DNA of 55,552 nucleotides from Pedosphaera sp. (GTDB taxonomy: Bacteria; Verrucomicrobiota; Verrucomicrobiia; Limisphaerales; F1-12-MAGs170): the NCBI GenBank assembly GCA_009695275.1, contig SIBF01000001.1, positions 1 to 55,552 on the forward strand, given 5' to 3'. The notes beneath the pieces are model-generated. The model made no database searches. It had not been told where the DNA came from and saw only the letters and a program-made list of their open reading frames with translations. This document shows, piece after piece, positions 52,655 to 55,552 of the stretch (position 1 is the stretch's first letter; each line of letters opens with the position of its first letter). The position numbers and the translations under genes were made by a program.

Positions 52655-54396
52655 CAGTGCCCGCCGGATGTCATGACCAGGGTTTGCTCCAGCGTGGACG
52701 TGCCGTCACGAACCTTGTCGAGGGCGACCATGCGCAGAGTCCTCATTCCTTGCGCCACGGCAACTTTCCCAATCTCCATCGCACTGGCGCGTTCAATCAC
52801 TTTCTTGCGGATTTCGTCCGTGACGGTCATCAACTCGATGATGGCGAGGCGGCCTGCATAGCCGGTATTCTTGCAACGGTCGCACCCTCTGCCTTTGTGC
52901 AGCGTGGAACCATCGAAGAACCGTGGATCGATGCCCAGATCCTGGTACATTTTTGCCGGGTAGGTGACAGGCTCCTTGCAAACGGCGCAGATACGGCGCA
53001 TGAGACGTTGCGCGCAGGAAAGGATCACCGCGGAAGAAATCAGGAACGGAGCAATTCCCATGTCGTCCAGGCGGGCGATGGCACCGGCGGCGTCATTGCA
53101 GTGCATGGTGCTCAAGACCTGGTGCCCCGTGAGCGCCGCTTCCACCGCGATCTCCGCGGTTTCCTCATCGCGAATCTCACCAATCATGATGATGTCCGGA
53201 TCCTGACGCAGAATGGAGCGCAATGAGGATGCAAAAGTAAGCCCGATCTCCTTGTTGACTGGAACCTGGTTGATCCCAGGAATCTGAAATTCAACAGGAT
53301 CCTCAACCGTGATGATGTTGTAATCCGGATTGTTGAGTTCGTTCAGCGCCGAATACAGTGTCGTGGTTTTGCCTGATCCGGTGGGCCCGGTCACCAGCAA
53401 CAATCCGTGGGGCGCATCCACTGCGGACTTGAACCGGCGCAGCGATTCCGGATCCATCCCCAGCTTCTCAACGCTCGCCGAGAGGTTTGATTTGTCCAGA
53501 ATGCGCAACACACATTTCTCGCCATGAACCGTCGGCAAAAACGAGACACGAAGGTCGATGTCCTTGCCCAGCGCGCGCATGCGCATGCGTCCATCCTGTG
53601 GCAGACGGCGCTCCGCGATGTTCAGGTTGCTCATGATCTTGATCCGGGACATGAGCGCAATTTGCAGATTTTTTGGGGGAGGCACGACATCCACCAATGC
53701 ACCGTCCACACGGTACCGCAGCCGCACGACCTTCTCGAAAGGCTCGATATGAATATCGCTGGCGCGATCCTTGATCGCCTGGATGATGATCAGATTGGCC
53801 AGTTTGATGACCGGGCCTTCCTCAGTGGAAGCCGTTAGCTCATCCAGATTGATGTCGTCACCGGCCACCTTGGTGATTTCGAGATTTGCCGCCTCAGCCT
53901 CAAGTTCCGCCTGACGTTGGGCATCCTGGATGATGTCTTCCATCCGGTTGCCCTGCGTATCGAGGTTCGCCAGCTTGTCGGCGATCGATTTCTCAGATGC
54001 GATCAGCGGGAAGACATCAAGCTTGGTGATGCGCTTGACATCATCGATGGCCAGGATGTTCAGCGGATCCGCCATCGCCAAAAACAGCTTCGTATCCAGC
54101 TTCGATACGGGCATGACCCGGTGATTCATCATGATGTCGCGTGGAACCAGTCCGGCGACGTCCATGGGAATTGCCGTCCGACCCAGGTTGATCGGTGGAA
54201 CATTGAGAACACGCCCCATTGACACCGCCATGTCCACGTCGCTCACGTAAGATTTCTCTATGATGAGCTTGAGCAGGCGGGTTCCCTCCTTCTTTTGCAG
54301 GTCCAGCAGCTCTTGCACCTGGGTGGTCGTCAGCAGACCGTCCTCGACCAGCACATCGGCTATGCGTTCACCAAAGCTTTTGATTACGGGAGGCAT
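52654..54396 (-). CDS. type II secretion / type IV pilus assembly ATPase (GspE/PilB family)
   Basis: The N-terminus is a T2SSE_N domain. Walker A is 'VTGPTGSGKTT'. Asp-box and Walker B are 'IMIGEIRDEETA'. His-box is 'GHQVLSTMH'. The tetracysteine motif is 'CAVCKEP....CDRCKNTGYAGR'. Confidence 0.92.
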   Translation of the reverse strand: MPPVIKSFGERIADVLVEDGLLTTTQVQELLDLQKKEGTRLLKLIIEKSYVSDVDMAVSMGRVLNVPPINLGRTAIPMDVAGLVPRDIMMNHRVMPVSKLDTKLFLAMADPLNILAIDDVKRITKLDVFPLIASEKSIADKLANLDTQGNRMEDIIQDAQRQAELEAEAANLEITKVAGDDINLDELTASTEEGPVIKLANLIIIQAIKDRASDIHIEPFEKVVRLRYRVDGALVDVVPPPKNLQIALMSRIKIMSNLNIAERRLPQDGRMRMRALGKDIDLRVSFLPTVHGEKCVLRILDKSNLSASVEKLGMDPESLRRFKSAVDAPHGLLLVTGPTGSGKTTTLYSALNELNNPDYNIITVEDPVEFQIPGINQVPVNKEIGLTFASSLRSILRQDPDIIMIGEIRDEETAEIAVEAALTGHQVLSTMHCNDAAGAIARLDDMGIAPFLISSAVILSCAQRLMRRICAVCKEPVTYPAKMYQDLGIDPRFFDGSTLHKGRGCDRCKNTGYAGRLAIIELMTVTDEIRKKVIERASAMEIGKVAVAQGMRTLRMVALDKVRDGTSTLEQTLVMTSGGH

Positions 54397-54402
54397 TGTG
54401 GG

Positions 54403-55248
54403 TCAGCGGAAAATTTTCCGGATGGTTTTGGACAGCTCCTGCGGCTGCGTCAGGTACCAAATCAGGCGGTTTTGTGAAACTTTTTCCAGCTCCCGGACGA
54501 CATGCTTGTTGAACGGGTTGGCCGTGGCAACCATGAGTGATTTGCCCATCCGATCAAAAGGAAGAACGCACCAGCGCTGGCACAATTCACGGGGAAAACT
54601 TCGCGCCAGTTCCACGTCAACATCGTACTTCTCGATCAGAATGTAACCGCAACGTGTCCGGTCGCACAAAATCTTGAGAGCCGTCTCCGACGAAAGAAGC
54701 TGCCGGTGAGCCAGCACATAAAGGAACGGGTCCACTATCTGCCCCGGCACGTACTCCGAGTCGTGCTTCGGCCAGGTCGCCTCAAAATCCATCGCGGAAA
54801 TATGTTTGCCGTCCACGAACAGCTTGTACATCACATCTCGCCCGTCCTCGACCGGCCCGCCAACGGGCGCCTCCACCGCGATCTTGCGGCGAGCGGTTCC
54901 TCCATCCCGCGGCGCCTGAACCTGCTCCGATTCCGCAGCAGGAGTCGGTGCCGCGAAACTGGTGGCCTTTTGCTCGATCTGAGCCAGAGCAGTCCTTACA
55001 TCTGGATCGTCCGGGTGACCTTGAAGAATACTCTCGTACTCCAGAATCGCGGAGGAAAGTTGCCCCAACTGCACGTAAGCGGACGCAATCCGCTTTGAGG
55101 TTGCCAAAGCATCCTGTTGACGCCCCAACTTCAGATACGCTTCCTTGAGAATCTCCAGGGACTGGTAATCCAGTGGCTGTGTTTGAGTGATGACCTCAAA
55201 CATTTCCACCGTCTGAATCAGTTGTTGTCCCTCCTCGTGTGAACTCAC
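54403..55248 (-). CDS. TPR-like N-terminal region fused to a stand-alone GspE/PilB N-terminal (T2SSE_N-like) domain; hypothetical
   Basis: GTG 55248 (ATG 55203 is an alternative). 'YQSLEILKEAYLKLGRQQDALATSKRIASAYVQLGQLSSAILEYESILQGHPDDPD' is TPR-like. The C-terminal 'CVLPFDRMGKSLMVATANPFNKHVVRELEKVSQNRLIWYLTQPQELSKTIRKIF' matches the end of T2SSE_N domains. It lies 6 nt upstream of the ATPase gene. Confidence 0.7.
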   Translation of the reverse strand: MSSHEEGQQLIQTVEMFEVITQTQPLDYQSLEILKEAYLKLGRQQDALATSKRIASAYVQLGQLSSAILEYESILQGHPDDPDVRTALAQIEQKATSFAAPTPAAESEQVQAPRDGGTARRKIAVEAPVGGPVEDGRDVMYKLFVDGKHISAMDFEATWPKHDSEYVPGQIVDPFLYVLAHRQLLSSETALKILCDRTRCGYILIEKYDVDVELARSFPRELCQRWCVLPFDRMGKSLMVATANPFNKHVVRELEKVSQNRLIWYLTQPQELSKTIRKIFR

Positions 55249-55552
55249 AATGTTGGGAAATCAGAAGTCTTCCGCCGACCGAAACTATCGCGCGGAAAGC
55301 GCGCCTCGGCGTTTGAGGAGTACACGTTTATCATCGAATTGTCCGGGAGGCTAATAGCTCGTCGTTCGCAACGCAACTCCACTCTCATCTGTTGAAAGAA
55401 AAGGGGTGCGATTAATTCTGTCGGTCACTTGCAGATGATTTCCTGCGCGTGAGTTGTGGGAGAAGACCAGCGATGAGACAATTTGGCGGTTGTACTTTTA
55501 CGTACTGTGTATAATTGAAACGGTTCGTGAATACCGAACTACTCAATTCAAA

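Noticed and set aside
55249-55552. TATAAT box ('gtgtataattg', about 55520) and a short GC hairpin ('cgcgcg-gaaag-cgcgc', about 55300) in the terminal intergenic region.
   Set aside because: No acceptably spaced -35 element accompanies the TATAAT, and its target gene would be off-window. The hairpin has a 5-bp stem with no U-tract. Neither can be supported.

Overview
GC-rich bacterial chromosomal window with no rRNA, tRNA, CRISPR array, transposase or integrase that I could recognise. The gene content suggests the PVC superphylum, probably Verrucomicrobiota-like; this is inference only. The supporting genes are a Tat-signal DUF1501 protein, a TIGR02999-like ECF sigma factor, pseudopilins with the '[28 protein letters not shown]' N-terminus, and a giant protein with an N-terminal LEPRxLL motif.

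Layout:
(i) 1-13.4 kb is ordinary housekeeping. It holds two overlapping two-component kinase genes, then a tightly packed minus-strand string hemL-ruvX-truA-trmL-dgoK-aldolase. An RND efflux pair (adaptor plus pump) and a UxaA-family dehydratase follow.
(ii) 13.5-14.2 kb is a vapBC-type toxin-antitoxin pair.
(iii) 14.36-44.59 kb is the outstanding feature: three co-directional, abutting or overlapping minus-strand ORFs of 6565, about 1033 and 2476 aa, roughly 10,000 aa and 54% of the window. They are built from Ca-binding and eukaryote-like adhesion modules: LEPR-XLL N-terminus, BNR/Asp-box propeller, TSP3-like loops, RTX nonapeptides, Calx-beta, SdrD-B-like, cadherin-like, Ig I-set, GEVED, IgGFc-binding-N-like and HYR. 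About 2300 aa have no module I can name. The two smaller proteins share a conserved C-terminal '...ISWS...LQV.DS..GPW.DV...FYRI' tail.
(iv) 44.9-55.2 kb holds DUF1501, a small lipoprotein, two paralogous pseudopilin genes with duplicated promoter, leader and 5' coding sequence, and an ECF sigma factor. A disordered secreted protein and moeA follow. moeA is coupled to a GspE/PilB-type ATPase, which is preceded by a TPR plus GspE-N-domain protein.

No GspF/PilC, secretin, prepilin peptidase or type I secretion (ABC/TolC) genes are in the window. The export route of the giant proteins is therefore unexplained. All coordinates and starts were read by eye from the sequence and ORF track. Domain calls are motif recognition, not HMM results.
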